DNA of 64,000 nucleotides from an uncultured Pirellulaceae bacterium (lineage in GTDB: Bacteria; Planctomycetota; Planctomycetia; Pirellulales; Pirellulaceae). Each line of letters starts with the position of its first letter. Positions within the stretch are counted from its first letter, which is position 1. A program made the translations under genes and the position numbers. Positions 37,840 to 49,200 of the stretch are shown piece by piece. Under the pieces are notes generated by a model. That model was not told the DNA's origin. It saw nothing but the letters and a program-made list of their open reading frames with translations, and searched no databases. The stretch is from assembly GCA_937928215.1 (NCBI GenBank), contig CALFWL010000020.1, positions 50,518-114,517 on the forward strand, read 5' to 3'.

Positions 37840-39548
37840 ATTCTTCCAAGGCTTCCAGCCAATTGTTTCATCCCGCCATCGGTCAACTACATGCGTTTCA
37901 GGTTCGTGCCCGGTTGCGATCGCTGCTTCAACGTGTCCAAACCCCTCAGCGGCGCGGGTTGGTGCTGTTGAGCCTGTTATTGGGTTGCATCTGGCTGGGC
38001 CAAGCAGTCGCCGGGATTTTTCTCAGAGAGCCCGCCGATCCAGTTGAGATTCGGTTCTGGATCCCGGCAGCAATGGTCGTCTATTGCTTGTACCACTTGG
38101 TCAAGATCCTCACTCGTTCGCCCGAGACGCCGTTCGAATGGACATCGGCTGAAAAGGAATTACTCCATGGAGCTCCACTAACACGGCTTCAGGTTATTAC
38201 ATGGCGCCTGCGTTCGATTTTCACTGCTGCGACTGTTAAGGCAGCTTGTTTCGCGATCGTAATGAGCCCCGATGTTCCGTCCATTCCGCTTGCTTTGACC
38301 GGAATGCTCGGTGCATTGTTGTTGATCGACTTCTTCCGCCTAGCGATCGGGATGGCGGTCAACGCGATGAACGACCGTGAACGCTGGCTTTGCCGAATCG
38401 GTTTCGTCACGCCGTTGGTCGGACTGGTTGCATGGTCCATGTTCTGTTGCCTGACAAGCATGACCCCGAACGACTCTCCCGCTCAGTTGTCAGTGACCCT
38501 GATGTTGCAATCGTCGAACGTCTTGATGGGCTTGTTAGCGGCGGAGCCATTCAGCTGGTTGTTGGAACCGTTTCGACTGTTTTCGGTGGTGATCTTTGCA
38601 GACGGGAGCGTTGGCGAAGTCATCATCTCGGGAATATTCGCAATCATTCTGCTGATGACAGCTTTGGTGGGAATATTGGCGTTGGATCGCATCTGCGAGC
38701 ACCGTCTTGGTCGCCTTGAATCCGACAGCTGGAGACAAATCAAGCGGCCAGTCAACCGTTCTGCTCGAACGACCGTTCTGACAAATCAGCTCGCCAGAAA
38801 AATTACCACACCTTGGTTATTAGCAGGAGCCGGCCCCATCGCGTGGAGGCAACTGCTGGGTGCGTGGCACTTTCGCAATGCCGTTCGCTTCGCGCTGTTG
38901 ATCCCTACCTTGCTATGTTGTCTGCCGATGTTTGCTGACGCCAATCAAGAAACCATGATGATGAACATCGGAGGAAGTCTGGTGTTCTACACCTTCTTGC
39001 TTCTCCCGTCTGGTTTGATTCTAGACTATCGCCGAGACATTGACCGGATGGCTGTCTTGAAATCATTGCCGATCTCGCCGTGGGCACTGACGGCAGGACA
39101 GCTCGCCGCGCCAGTTTTGTTGGCAAGTTTTTTCCAAATTGCGGTCCTGAGCGTTGGAACATTGACGGGCTCGATCACAGTTTTTCAAGCGGTTATCTCC
39201 TTCGTGGTTTTGATTCCTTTCAACATTTTGAATTTCGCGTTGGAGAATTACCTGTTCATGTTGTCGCCCTATCGTCGCAACGAAGAAGGAGTCATGGTCT
39301 TCGTCCGCACGATTCTGGCTTTCACCGCGAAAGGGATCCTGTTTGCGATTGCGTTCGCGATCACGATCACTTGGGTGATCTTCTCGCTACAGTGGGGAAA
39401 CGCATTGGGGCTCGGCCCATGGACAGGTCCGGCACTTTTCGTGCTGGGAATATGGATATTGGTTGGCGCGGCGGCAACCGTGTTCGCGACCCTGTTGACC
39501 AAGCGCGTCGCGAACTTTGACGTGTCGATCGACTCTCCGGCAGGATGA
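37836..39548 (+). CDS. large polytopic membrane protein, putative ABC exporter permease partner
   Basis: About 570 aa with at least 10 hydrophobic spans. It is translationally coupled to the ABC ATPase through the ATGA overlap. It resembles the 'putative ABC exporter' family, but I am not certain. The ORF-track start at 37758 overlaps the ATPase by 82 nt and is less likely. Confidence 0.65.
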   Translation: MNSSKASSQLFHPAIGQLHAFQVRARLRSLLQRVQTPQRRGLVLLSLLLGCIWLGQAVAGIFLREPADPVEIRFWIPAAMVVYCLYHLVKILTRSPETPFEWTSAEKELLHGAPLTRLQVITWRLRSIFTAATVKAACFAIVMSPDVPSIPLALTGMLGALLLIDFFRLAIGMAVNAMNDRERWLCRIGFVTPLVGLVAWSMFCCLTSMTPNDSPAQLSVTLMLQSSNVLMGLLAAEPFSWLLEPFRLFSVVIFADGSVGEVIISGIFAIILLMTALVGILALDRICEHRLGRLESDSWRQIKRPVNRSARTTVLTNQLARKITTPWLLAGAGPIAWRQLLGAWHFRNAVRFALLIPTLLCCLPMFADANQETMMMNIGGSLVFYTFLLLPSGLILDYRRDIDRMAVLKSLPISPWALTAGQLAAPVLLASFFQIAVLSVGTLTGSITVFQAVISFVVLIPFNILNFALENYLFMLSPYRRNEEGVMVFVRTILAFTAKGILFAIAFAITITWVIFSLQWGNALGLGPWTGPALFVLGIWILVGAAATVFATLLTKRVANFDVSIDSPAG

Positions 39549-39769
39549 ACGGCCCCGTTTCAATCAAGCGAGTTCAACGCGGGCCTGCCAGATCGCATTG
39601 CGTTGGTAACGTGCAACGTGATCGAAAAACGTGCAGTAGCAATTTCAGGTTCAGCCATTGGCGTCGCGACAAAGGGGAGCTAGACTCCCTTGCTGGAGAT
39701 CTCACCTGCTGGCATCCGCTTTGCAGGTTGGTTTGAGTGTCATTCCGTGCCCCCGCGGCAAGTTTCTTC

Positions 39770-40732
39770 ATGTTTCAACTTCCCGCTCGGCCAGATGGCG
39801 ACCGTACTCAAACGGTTGCCGTCGTCGGTGAGGTCCTTTTCGACCATTTTCCCGACGGCAAAAAGGTTCTCGGCGGAGCTCCCTTTAACGTAGCGTGGAA
39901 CTTGAAAGGGCTGGGGCAGGACCCATTGTTGGTCTCGGCGATTGGAGAGGATGCCGAGGGTGATTCGATCCTCGATTCCATGAGACGCTGGCAGTTACGA
40001 ACCGAGGCAGTGACCAAGGTTCCAGATCGATCGACTGGGCGAGTCGTCGTCACGATGCATGACTCGGAGCCCTCGTATGAAATACCGTTCGATCAATCGT
40101 TTGACAATCTAAAGATCGATCAATTCGAAACCGACCTTTCCGAGTCGCTTTCCAACGCAGCGTTGATGTATCACGGCTCTCTATTTTTTCGCTCAACGGT
40201 CAACCAGACGTTCTTCAAGCAACTTTCGGAGCGAGTCAATCTTCCTCGCTTTGTCGACTTGAACATCCGACCGCCTTGGTTCGATCGATCTTGGGTGCAA
40301 GACCTTGTCTGCGGAGCGACATGGGTCAAGCTGAACTCGGATGAGTTAAGCCTCTTGTCAGATTCAGACGTCGATCCTACGCGGATCGAGTCGGTTCAAT
40401 CGGCAGTCGCAAATTTCAGATCGATGGAAAACCTTACCCGACCGCAGACGCTCCTGGTAACCTGCGGACAGCACGGAGCATACTGGATCGACGGCGAGCA
40501 TGTGAATTTCGCGCAAGCAAATGCCATCGGTACCTTCGTAGATTCCGTGGGAGCAGGTGACGCGTTCTCAGCGGCAGTGATCGATGGGCTCGTTCGATCA
40601 CAATCGCCCGAGACCATCCTCAACGATGCCGTTCGCTTTGCCGCTTTGGCGTGCGAAATCAAAGGAGCCACGTCTCATAATATTAATCACTACTCCCGTT
40701 TGCCGTCGACCAAATCCGAAACGCAAAATTGA
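39770..40732 (+). CDS. PfkB-family carbohydrate kinase, probable fructokinase
   Basis: VAVVGEVLFDHFPDGKKVLGGAPFNVAWNLKGLG (N-terminal PfkB motif) and DSVGAGDAFSAAVIDGL (PfkB signature 2). It sits in a sucrose gene cluster. Start is ATG 39770; the ORF track uses GTG 39737. Confidence 0.8.
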   Translation: MFQLPARPDGDRTQTVAVVGEVLFDHFPDGKKVLGGAPFNVAWNLKGLGQDPLLVSAIGEDAEGDSILDSMRRWQLRTEAVTKVPDRSTGRVVVTMHDSEPSYEIPFDQSFDNLKIDQFETDLSESLSNAALMYHGSLFFRSTVNQTFFKQLSERVNLPRFVDLNIRPPWFDRSWVQDLVCGATWVKLNSDELSLLSDSDVDPTRIESVQSAVANFRSMENLTRPQTLLVTCGQHGAYWIDGEHVNFAQANAIGTFVDSVGAGDAFSAAVIDGLVRSQSPETILNDAVRFAALACEIKGATSHNINHYSRLPSTKSETQN

Positions 40733-40813
40733 ACGACCTCGCACGCATGACCACGTTAGGCTTAGAAAACCGCTGATTTAAAAACCGTTGAACAACGGTG
40801 ACCGAGAACAACC

Positions 40814-43045
40814 ATGATCTCAAACCTTATTTCTGCCGATACGCCGGACATCCAATCCGAACCTGAAGCTGACTCCAGTTTGAAAATGTGTAGAGAAAGC
40901 GACGGCTTGAAAATCATGTTGATCAGCCTTCATGGCTTGATCCGTTGTGAAAAAATGGAGCTCGGTTGCGATGCGGATACGGGGGGCCAAGTCAAATACG
41001 TTGTCGAACTCGCTCAAGAGCTTGCCGCACAACCCGACGTACGCGAAGTCGAACTTTTGACTCGGCAAGTGATCGATCCAAGAGTTGACCCGTCGTATGG
41101 GCAAACGGAGGAAGTCATCGGGGATAACGCAAAGATTATCCGAATCCCTTTCGGTCCGAGGAGATATTTGAAAAAGGAATCGCTCTGGCCCTACATCGAG
41201 ATGTTCATCGACCAGACACTCCAACACGTCAAACGTAACGGCATCCCGGACATCATTCATGGGCACTACGCAGATGCGGGTCTGGCCGGTGCTCAGCTGG
41301 CCCGACTGTTGCACCTTCCATACGTTTTCACGGGTCACTCGTTGGGCCGAGTCAAACGTCAGCGACTGCTGGTGGGCAGGGATTCGCTCGAGCAACGGGC
41401 AAAACTTGACAAGAAGTACAAACTTGCGGCTCGTACAGAAGCAGAAGAAGTCGCGCTTGAGACTGCGTCGATGGTTGTGACCAGTACCGCGCAGGAAGTG
41501 ACCGAGCAGTATGAACTTTATGACCACTACGACCCTTCCCGGATGGAGGTCATTCCTCCAGGGGTTGATCTGTCAAAATTCAATCCCGATGGCGAACCCG
41601 AAGACCTTGCACGTGTTCGGACTAGCCTCAATCGATTCCTCACCGAACCAGACAAGCCGATGATTCTGGTAATGGCACGTCCCGACGAAAGAAAAAATCT
41701 TTCCGCCGCGGTTCGTGTTTTTGGCGAGAACAAAGATCTGCAAGAACTTGCCAATCTGGTGATGGTGATGGGAACGCGGGAAGACCTTACCGACCTGCCA
41801 AACGCTCAGCAACGAGTCATCCAGGATGTCTTCGGCCTCGTCGACAAGTACGACCTGTACGGCAAAGTGGCCTATCCAAAAACGCACCGATCAAAAGATG
41901 TCCCAAACTTGTACCGAATCGCTGCGCAAAGTCGAGGCGTGTTCGTCAACCCGGCGCTGACCGAACCATTCGGGTTGACGCTGCTGGAAGCCGGAGCGGT
42001 CGGGTTGCCGATTGTCGCTACCGATGACGGCGGTCCTCGAGACATCATCGCCAACTGTGACAACGGAACGCTGATCGACTCGATGGACGACGACAGTATC
42101 TACCGAGCCTTAAAGGTTGCGTTGACCGATCGTGATCAGTGGGACACGTGGGCGAAGAATGGCATCACCGGGACAAGAGAACATTACACTTGGAAAAACC
42201 ACGCGCGGCGATATCTACGAGACGTAAATGCTGTTCTCGATTCATCCAAGGCTCCGGAAGTCGTAAACCGACCCGCCAGACGCCTGCCCGAGTTCGACCG
42301 TCTGATCATCACCGACCTTGATAACACGCTCACGGGAGACGCAGACTCGTTCAATCGGTTCAAGCATTTGATCGAAGAGAATCAACACATTGGTTTCGGA
42401 ATCACCACGGGCCGACGACTCGAAAAAGCGATTGAGATGATCGATGATCTCGGCTTACCGAAACCGGATTTGATCGATACAGACGCCGGGACTCAATTGC
42501 ACTACGGTGAGAATCTGAATGCGGACCGTAGTTGGCGAAAATCAATCGATTTCGCGTGGGACCCCGAAGCGATACGCAGGACGCTCGAACCGCTCGAAGG
42601 AGTCGAACTGCAAGATGATGTTGAGCAATCTGAGTTCAAGATTGGTTACAAACTGGACCAGAACTCGTCGATCTCAAGTGCAGAAATCAAAAAGTTGCTT
42701 CGCGGTGCGGGATTGCGAGCTAAAGTTGTTGAATCGCTGGGGGTTTTTGTCGACATTATTCCAGTCCGTGGTGGCAGTGATCTTTCACTCAGGCACGTTC
42801 TGTGGAAGTGGGGATTTTCTCCGGAAAATGTACTTGTCGCCGGTGATTCGGGCAACGATGCCGGGATGTTGCTCGGTCGCACGCTGGGGGTGGTCGTTGC
42901 CAATCACGGCCCAGAATTGAATCGTTTGAAAAACCGGCCACGCATTTACTTCGCCGAAACACCTCATGCGGCCGGCATACTCGAAGGCATCGACTACTAC
43001 AACTTTTTGGACAACATCACCATCCCCAATGATCGTCTCGAATAA
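40814..43045 (+). CDS. sucrose-phosphate synthase (GT4 glycosyltransferase domain + C-terminal SPP-like HAD domain)
   Basis: [32 protein letters not shown] matches the SPS N-terminal signature. GT-B C-terminal motif: [33 protein letters not shown]. The C-terminal HAD-IIB-like domain has an intact DxDxT ([10 protein letters not shown]) and [10 protein letters not shown]. Confidence 0.85.
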   Translation: MISNLISADTPDIQSEPEADSSLKMCRESDGLKIMLISLHGLIRCEKMELGCDADTGGQVKYVVELAQELAAQPDVREVELLTRQVIDPRVDPSYGQTEEVIGDNAKIIRIPFGPRRYLKKESLWPYIEMFIDQTLQHVKRNGIPDIIHGHYADAGLAGAQLARLLHLPYVFTGHSLGRVKRQRLLVGRDSLEQRAKLDKKYKLAARTEAEEVALETASMVVTSTAQEVTEQYELYDHYDPSRMEVIPPGVDLSKFNPDGEPEDLARVRTSLNRFLTEPDKPMILVMARPDERKNLSAAVRVFGENKDLQELANLVMVMGTREDLTDLPNAQQRVIQDVFGLVDKYDLYGKVAYPKTHRSKDVPNLYRIAAQSRGVFVNPALTEPFGLTLLEAGAVGLPIVATDDGGPRDIIANCDNGTLIDSMDDDSIYRALKVALTDRDQWDTWAKNGITGTREHYTWKNHARRYLRDVNAVLDSSKAPEVVNRPARRLPEFDRLIITDLDNTLTGDADSFNRFKHLIEENQHIGFGITTGRRLEKAIEMIDDLGLPKPDLIDTDAGTQLHYGENLNADRSWRKSIDFAWDPEAIRRTLEPLEGVELQDDVEQSEFKIGYKLDQNSSISSAEIKKLLRGAGLRAKVVESLGVFVDIIPVRGGSDLSLRHVLWKWGFSPENVLVAGDSGNDAGMLLGRTLGVVVANHGPELNRLKNRPRIYFAETPHAAGILEGIDYYNFLDNITIPNDRLE

Positions 43046-45218
43046 AACCGATCCGAACCCTGACGACGACGATTGTCCAAGCGATTCCATTTCAGCATTT
43101 GAAACCAGTCAAACGACTCGCGAAGGTTGCGAATCTGATCGTTTAAGGTTTTCTGACTTGATGGCAACATCGCCCCCGAACGACTTCGTCGCTCAGTTGT
43201 CGCCGACAGCATCGGAAACAGAGTATCTTGGTGCGCTGACGCTGCAACGAATCTGGCCGCGACTACAAGCCAACTGGTGCGCCGCGTCTGACTTTACCCA
43301 GTACTCTACCGATAACTTGTTTGCTCGATGGCAAGATTATTCGAATCGACTTAAGCGATACTGGCCTGAACTTTTTGCTCGACTTTATTCGCTGTATGGT
43401 CAACGATTCGATTTTCATTACCATGTCGAGGCCATGCTGACTTCAGCTGCGGATGCACTGATTGAACGTGACGACGTACTGTGCGCGGTTGACCGTTCAC
43501 GCGAAATTCGACCGAATTGGTTCCAGTCTGAAGCAGTCGTCGGCGGTGCCCTGTATGTTGATTTGTTCAGCGACAACCTCGGGAATCTTTATGAAAATAT
43601 TGCTTACTTCAAAGAGTTGGGAATCACCTACCTGCACCTGATGCCACTGTTCGAAGCCAGGGACGGAAACAACGACGGTGGTTACGCGGTCAGCGATTAT
43701 CGAGCGGTTGACCCTCGCCTCGGAACACTCGCCGAACTCGAGTTGCTGGCGTCCGAACTCCGTCGCGAGGGCATCTTTCTGGTGCTCGACTTTATTTTCA
43801 ACCACACCAGCGATGACCATGATTGGGCTAAGAACGCTCAGTCGGGCAACCGCGAGTACGAACAGTTCTACTTTATATTTCCCGATCGAGTCGAACCGGA
43901 TCAATACGAACAGAACCTTCGCGAAATCTTTCCCAGTGTGCGACGTGGCAACTTCACTTGGCACGATGGAATGGGAAAATGGGTCTGGACAACGTTCAAC
44001 AGTTTTCAATGGGACTTGAACTACCAAAACCCATCGGTCTTCCGCAGCATGATGGAAGAGATGCTGTTCATCTCGAATCTTGGAGTGGACGTGCTGCGAC
44101 TTGATGCGGTTGCATTTATCTGGAAACAGAAAGGCACCAGTTGCGAAAACCTGGACAAGGCACACGCGGTTATTCAGGCCTTCAACCTATTCGTCCGAAT
44201 CGCCGCGCCTGGTTTAATCTTCAAGTCCGAAGCGATCGTGCATCCAGATGACGTTGTGAAGTACATCGACGCCAAAGAATGCCAGATTTCTTATAACCCA
44301 ACGTTGATGGCGCTGCTGTGGGAATCATTGGCGACCTCGAAGGTCAGTTTGCTTACGCGAGCCATTCAACATCGATTCGACATCACGGAAGGAACTTCGT
44401 GGGTCAACTATTTACGCTGCCACGATGATATTGGCTGGACGTTCGACAACGACGATGCTGCATCCATTGGAATCAACGCCGCCGATCATCGTCGATTCTT
44501 GAACGAGTTTTATACAGGACAGTTCGAAGGTTCATTCGCGCGAGGCGTGCCATTTCAGGAAAATGTTGAAACCGGAGACATGCGAGTTTCTGGCACGATG
44601 GCGTCGCTGGCAGGTTTGGAACAGGCGGTGATTGAAAATGATCAGCACTTGGCGTCGCTGGCAGTCAGCCGAATTCTTTTGCTGCAAGGTGTCTCAATGA
44701 GTATCGGTGGAATTCCGCTACTTTACCTTGGCGAGGAATGGGGAGTCTTGAACGATTACGATTTCGTGAACGACCCGGAGAAAGCCGATGACTCGCGTTG
44801 GATTCACCGCCCTCGCATGGACTGGGGCGTCGTCAATGAATTGAAAGGCGAAGTCCGGTTTGAGGCGGACGATGGAAGTTCGAGCGACATGTCAATCAAG
44901 ATGACTCAGCGAGAAATTTACAATTCAATGCGTCGCTTGATTGAACTTCGCAAATCTCTCCGCGCGTTTGCCGGCCAGAACATGGAACTGTTCGATACAG
45001 GAAACGATCATGTGCTTGGTTTTATTCGGCGGGAATCGGGGCATCGCGTGGTCGTTGTGGCAAATTTCTCGGCAACAGAACAGGTGATCGATGCCAATCG
45101 AATCCGCACCGCAGGACTCGGTCGATTCTTTCAGGACTGCGTGGCTGGCTTGACTATCCAAACGACTCAGAATGTATCATTGAGCCCGTATCAGTTCCAA
45201 TGGCTGGTCAGGATCTGA
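43029..45218 (+). CDS. GH13 alpha-amylase-family enzyme, amylosucrase-like
   Basis: [13 protein letters not shown]...[50 protein letters not shown] (catalytic nucleophile region) and [11 protein letters not shown] match GH13 conserved regions in the amylosucrase/sucrose-hydrolase style. The start is uncertain (ATG 42966, 43029 or downstream), and the gene overlaps the SPS 3' end. Confidence 0.8.
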   Translation: MIVSNKTDPNPDDDDCPSDSISAFETSQTTREGCESDRLRFSDLMATSPPNDFVAQLSPTASETEYLGALTLQRIWPRLQANWCAASDFTQYSTDNLFARWQDYSNRLKRYWPELFARLYSLYGQRFDFHYHVEAMLTSAADALIERDDVLCAVDRSREIRPNWFQSEAVVGGALYVDLFSDNLGNLYENIAYFKELGITYLHLMPLFEARDGNNDGGYAVSDYRAVDPRLGTLAELELLASELRREGIFLVLDFIFNHTSDDHDWAKNAQSGNREYEQFYFIFPDRVEPDQYEQNLREIFPSVRRGNFTWHDGMGKWVWTTFNSFQWDLNYQNPSVFRSMMEEMLFISNLGVDVLRLDAVAFIWKQKGTSCENLDKAHAVIQAFNLFVRIAAPGLIFKSEAIVHPDDVVKYIDAKECQISYNPTLMALLWESLATSKVSLLTRAIQHRFDITEGTSWVNYLRCHDDIGWTFDNDDAASIGINAADHRRFLNEFYTGQFEGSFARGVPFQENVETGDMRVSGTMASLAGLEQAVIENDQHLASLAVSRILLLQGVSMSIGGIPLLYLGEEWGVLNDYDFVNDPEKADDSRWIHRPRMDWGVVNELKGEVRFEADDGSSSDMSIKMTQREIYNSMRRLIELRKSLRAFAGQNMELFDTGNDHVLGFIRRESGHRVVVVANFSATEQVIDANRIRTAGLGRFFQDCVAGLTIQTTQNVSLSPYQFQWLVRI

Positions 45219-45288
45219 ATTGGTTCAGATTATCGGTTCAGATTCTTCGCAATGCCACGCAGGCTCCTCGACATCAGACGTACTGAAC

Positions 45289-46113
45289 ATGAACTTTTCA
45301 GAGAACGCAGTGAAACTTCATTGGCTGTTCACAGACCTCGATGGAACGTTGATCCCGCTCGATGGCAATCAGCGGAACGTTCAGGATCTGCAAACCTTGA
45401 AACGCGTCTTGAATGAACGAAACATTGGATTGGTTTTTGTCACAGGTCGCCATTTTCAGTCCGCCTGCCAAGCTTTGAAAGAATACTCGTTGCCAGCACC
45501 GCAATGGATCATCTGCGATGTCGGGACGACGATTGTCGACGCGTCCGAGATGGAGAAATCTCCGAATCGCGATTATGCCAACCTAGATTACGTTGATGAA
45601 CTGGCTGCTAAAACCAGCGGTTGGGACTCACAGAGGCTCCAATTAGAATTGCGACTTCCATCAGACCTTCGCTTACAGGAATCAAAGAAGCAGGGCGACT
45701 TCAAGATTAGTTTTTATGCCGACGCGACACGGTTGTCAGATCTCACAAAACGGTGTCAGCAACAGCTTGACATCTCAAAGGCTCCGTATGGAATCGTCAG
45801 CAGCGTTGATCCGTTTACTGGCGATGGCCTGATCGATTTTTTACCGACCGGAGTCGACAAAGCGTTCGCCGCTCGATGGCTCGCGCGACGTCTCGGTTTA
45901 GATTACGAAGGCAAAGTGATTTACGCTGGCGATTCCGGAAACGACCTCGCTGCACTCACTTCCGGTTGCCGATCGATTCTCGTTGGCAATGCCGATCAAG
46001 CGATCGCGAAACAGATTCAGTCTCTGCCAATTTCCCAGCAAGTGTTCTTTTCTGACGAAGAGGCTACCAGCGGCGTCTTGCAAGGGATTCGTCGTTTCTG
46101 CGATCCGGACTGA
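45289..46113 (+). CDS. HAD-IIB phosphatase, probable sucrose-6-phosphate phosphatase
   Basis: HAD motif I LFTDLDGTLIP, motif II VFVTGR and motif IV YAGDSGNDLAAL. It lies directly downstream of the SPS and amylosucrase genes. Start is ATG 45289; the ORF track uses TTG 45220. Confidence 0.7.
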   Translation: MNFSENAVKLHWLFTDLDGTLIPLDGNQRNVQDLQTLKRVLNERNIGLVFVTGRHFQSACQALKEYSLPAPQWIICDVGTTIVDASEMEKSPNRDYANLDYVDELAAKTSGWDSQRLQLELRLPSDLRLQESKKQGDFKISFYADATRLSDLTKRCQQQLDISKAPYGIVSSVDPFTGDGLIDFLPTGVDKAFAARWLARRLGLDYEGKVIYAGDSGNDLAALTSGCRSILVGNADQAIAKQIQSLPISQQVFFSDEEATSGVLQGIRRFCDPD

Positions 46114-46224
46114 GCCAGCCAATTGGGCGAATCGGCGGAAGGCAGTTGATCGGCGTAACTAGGCGGCTTGGAGATATGCCAACGCTTGTAAAGTGTAAAG
46201 TGATTTACAAACCTTGAATTGAGA

Positions 46225-49200
46225 TCAAAGCACCGTCGAGTCACCCGCGAGTACGCTCGCCAATTCGAGCGACGAACTTGAGACATCGTCGCCAACCGGA
46301 TAGCTCATATTCGGGTCGGAAAACACATTGTCCCGCGCTTGATTTCCAGACAACTCCGGAGCAACCGTAGGTTCGATTTGCTTCGGCGTTGATCGAGGTT
46401 TGTCCTTTGTCGCTGTGAACTGAGCAATTTGAGCTTCAGGCAGGCCGTTCGTTGAGGTGTCCACCTGAAACGTGGGCTCGGGCAATATCAATGTCTCGGT
46501 CAATCTCAATGAAGTAGGCTGGTCTGTTTTGGCGGCAACGACGCGTCGCTGAATTTCTTCAGAGGGATCGGAAGTTGGAAAAGGTGAAGAAACGGCAAAC
46601 TGGGCTGGAGCTGCCGACGGAGGCGTCACGGACTTGCCAAGATTCCGCACCAACGCAAAGCCGTCGCCCAACACATCGACATTTCCGTCATTGTTGAAGT
46701 CTCCTTGGCTCCACATCGCGCCTCCATTGGTGCCAAGATTACTCACCAAAATGAAGCCGTCTCCCAATACGTCAACCGAGCCATCCAGATCGGCATCGCC
46801 CGGGATGGCAACGTACTCCTGCCTCGTCAGGTCACCGCCAGCTGTTCCGTTTCCGTCACCGTCCAGCTGAGTTTGGCCGTTGATGCTGGTCACAGCTGGC
46901 GAACTCAAATGGTAGGTGTAGTACGCTTCTTGCATCGGTGTCGCCATGTTCTCGAAATTCCAAGTGGCGACAAAGTTGGTCGAGTCATAATCGAACTGAG
47001 CTCCTGCCAATGAAACAGGTGAGCCGCCATCGGTGTCATGGAACAGTTGCAGGCTGGAGCTGAAAATTCGAACGTCCGTATTGAATTCGATTTGCAATGT
47101 CGACCACAGGTCGGGACGCGATTGATCGCCGCCGTCCCTGACAACTGACACAATCGATGGAATGACCGCCGGAGGTTGGACGGTAACATTGACCGTCGCA
47201 GTATCGAAGCCGCCTTGGCCGTCATCGATTCGATAGGTGAATGAAGTTGCGCCGGCGAATCCCGGTGTCGGAGAGAAGTTAATCGTTTTGTCAGGGTTAA
47301 CGGTTACTTCTCCGTTGGTCGGCCCTGTTGCCCGAACGATTGAAAAATCCAAAGTCGTGTTGTCGTCGCCCTTATGCGTATTGGCTCCGACTCCTACATA
47401 GATCACCTGCCCAGCCGTCGCAAAACCGATTGGGCCATCGAAGTTGCCGGATTCTCCCTGACCAAAAACTCCCAGCGTGGTAACGTCGCCACCTGTAATG
47501 TGAGCCGAAATATTAACTCCATCAACCGGGAATCGATTAGCGTTCATGGAGACCGTACTGTTGGCGATAAAGTAGAACCCGCTCTCGGGAACTGTGAACG
47601 CGGCAATGGCGTACCGCTGCAACCCGTTGGAGTCTTCCGCCGTCCCGTCACCCGCATGAGCATAACTTGACGCAATGATGGGATAGGTTTGCCCCGACGG
47701 TCGGTAGCCCGTTCCTGAAGCAACCATCGCTGTGTAATTGGAACTGCCAAACGCTCCGCTGGCATTGTAGAGGTATTGCCAACCGTTGGCTGGAGTCCCT
47801 CTCTGGAAGTCATCGACATAATCCGCGACCACAACTGAACCGTCTCCCGGAACGACGGTGACTGTCAACGGATCGTTATCCGGATCCGAGTCGTTATCAA
47901 GAACATCAATCGTGACAGAATTGCCGGTTGTCGTCGTTGCGGTATCGCCAACAGCATTCGGGGACTCATTTGTGTTTGGGGCGTTTGTGCCCGGAACAAA
48001 ATCGACTCGATTGGACGAACTGAAGAATTTAACCCACAGGTCGTCCCCATCGACCGCAAAGGCTCGGCGGTTGGAATTTCGCAATGTCGCCAGGTTTCTG
48101 ACTCGCGGGATGTTGTCCAGAGTCAATGATTCTCTGATATCGCGGAACCGGACCATCGTCGATCCGTTGTCTGGACCGACATCGACCTGAAAGAGAATTT
48201 CGAATCCTGAACGGACACTGTTGACTCCGCCTGGAAAGTCAATGGTGTAGTCGCCCGCATCCAGTTTCACCACGGTTTTCGAATTGTTATTGCTCCCGGT
48301 CGAACTGTCACCATCGGGTGATGTGAACCGAATGTCCGCGCTGCTGTTGTTCGCGTAGAAACGAAGAAACGAATACAAGTCGTCTGACACCCACGCGTTC
48401 CAGCCAGCGGGTTGGAAATCGTTCGCGTCGTAGAAGAACGGGTGGTTGCTGACGACCGTGCTGCCCGCCACGCCGCCGACATGTCCGGTCAGCGTGCCGT
48501 CGGCATCGTAAATCGCCGATGGTGTGAATTGGTTCGTCGCCGAATTGTGGTTCGAGCCGCCACCTTGCGTCGCGATGCTAACATTGAACGCGGAACCATC
48601 GTCCTCGAACGAAGTATTGCTCATCACGTGATGCGTGTTACGCCTAGCCGCGCTGTGCGCTCGAAAAGTGTGGGCGTCGTTGTCAGCAAATCCAGCGAAG
48701 TGGACTCCGTCAAGCGTATTCGCTCCGTCGTACAAAGTGTGACCCGTCACCCGATCGCTCAGGTTCGAATTGCCTCGACTGTGCCCCACGTACAACGAAT
48801 CAGTAATACGCTGAGTAAACGTGACGAACGTGCTGGTGAAGTTGTCAGCGAAACGCATCTCATGAAAATTGGCGTCAAAACCACGATGGTAAACTCCGAC
48901 CCTATGTTGGTACGCCGTGTAGAAGTTGATCTGTGGCTCGTCTGGAGGAAGCCAGTTGTCGCCATCGAAAAATGCCTTGAGGTTCCTTCCGACGGGCCCC
49001 TCCAGATCAGAGCCTCGATCAAAATTCAAACCTGCGGGCGACGCGTGCGAAGAGTTGTAATCGAACTGTCTTAAATTTGTGCGTTCTGGCCGGACGTTGT
49101 TGTATTGAGGATCGCTGGCCGAAACTCCGATCGCTCTATTTGGAAGAATAAACCAGAACCCTGTTCCCTCGGAGCCCGCAGAGATATTACCGACCCAATT

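Noticed and set aside
46177-46207. AT-rich inverted repeat TTGTAAA(n)TTTACAA between the convergent HAD-phosphatase and G8 genes. I considered it as a bidirectional terminator.
   Set aside because: The stem is 7 bp and entirely A/T, with no flanking T-tract. I cannot support it as an intrinsic terminator.
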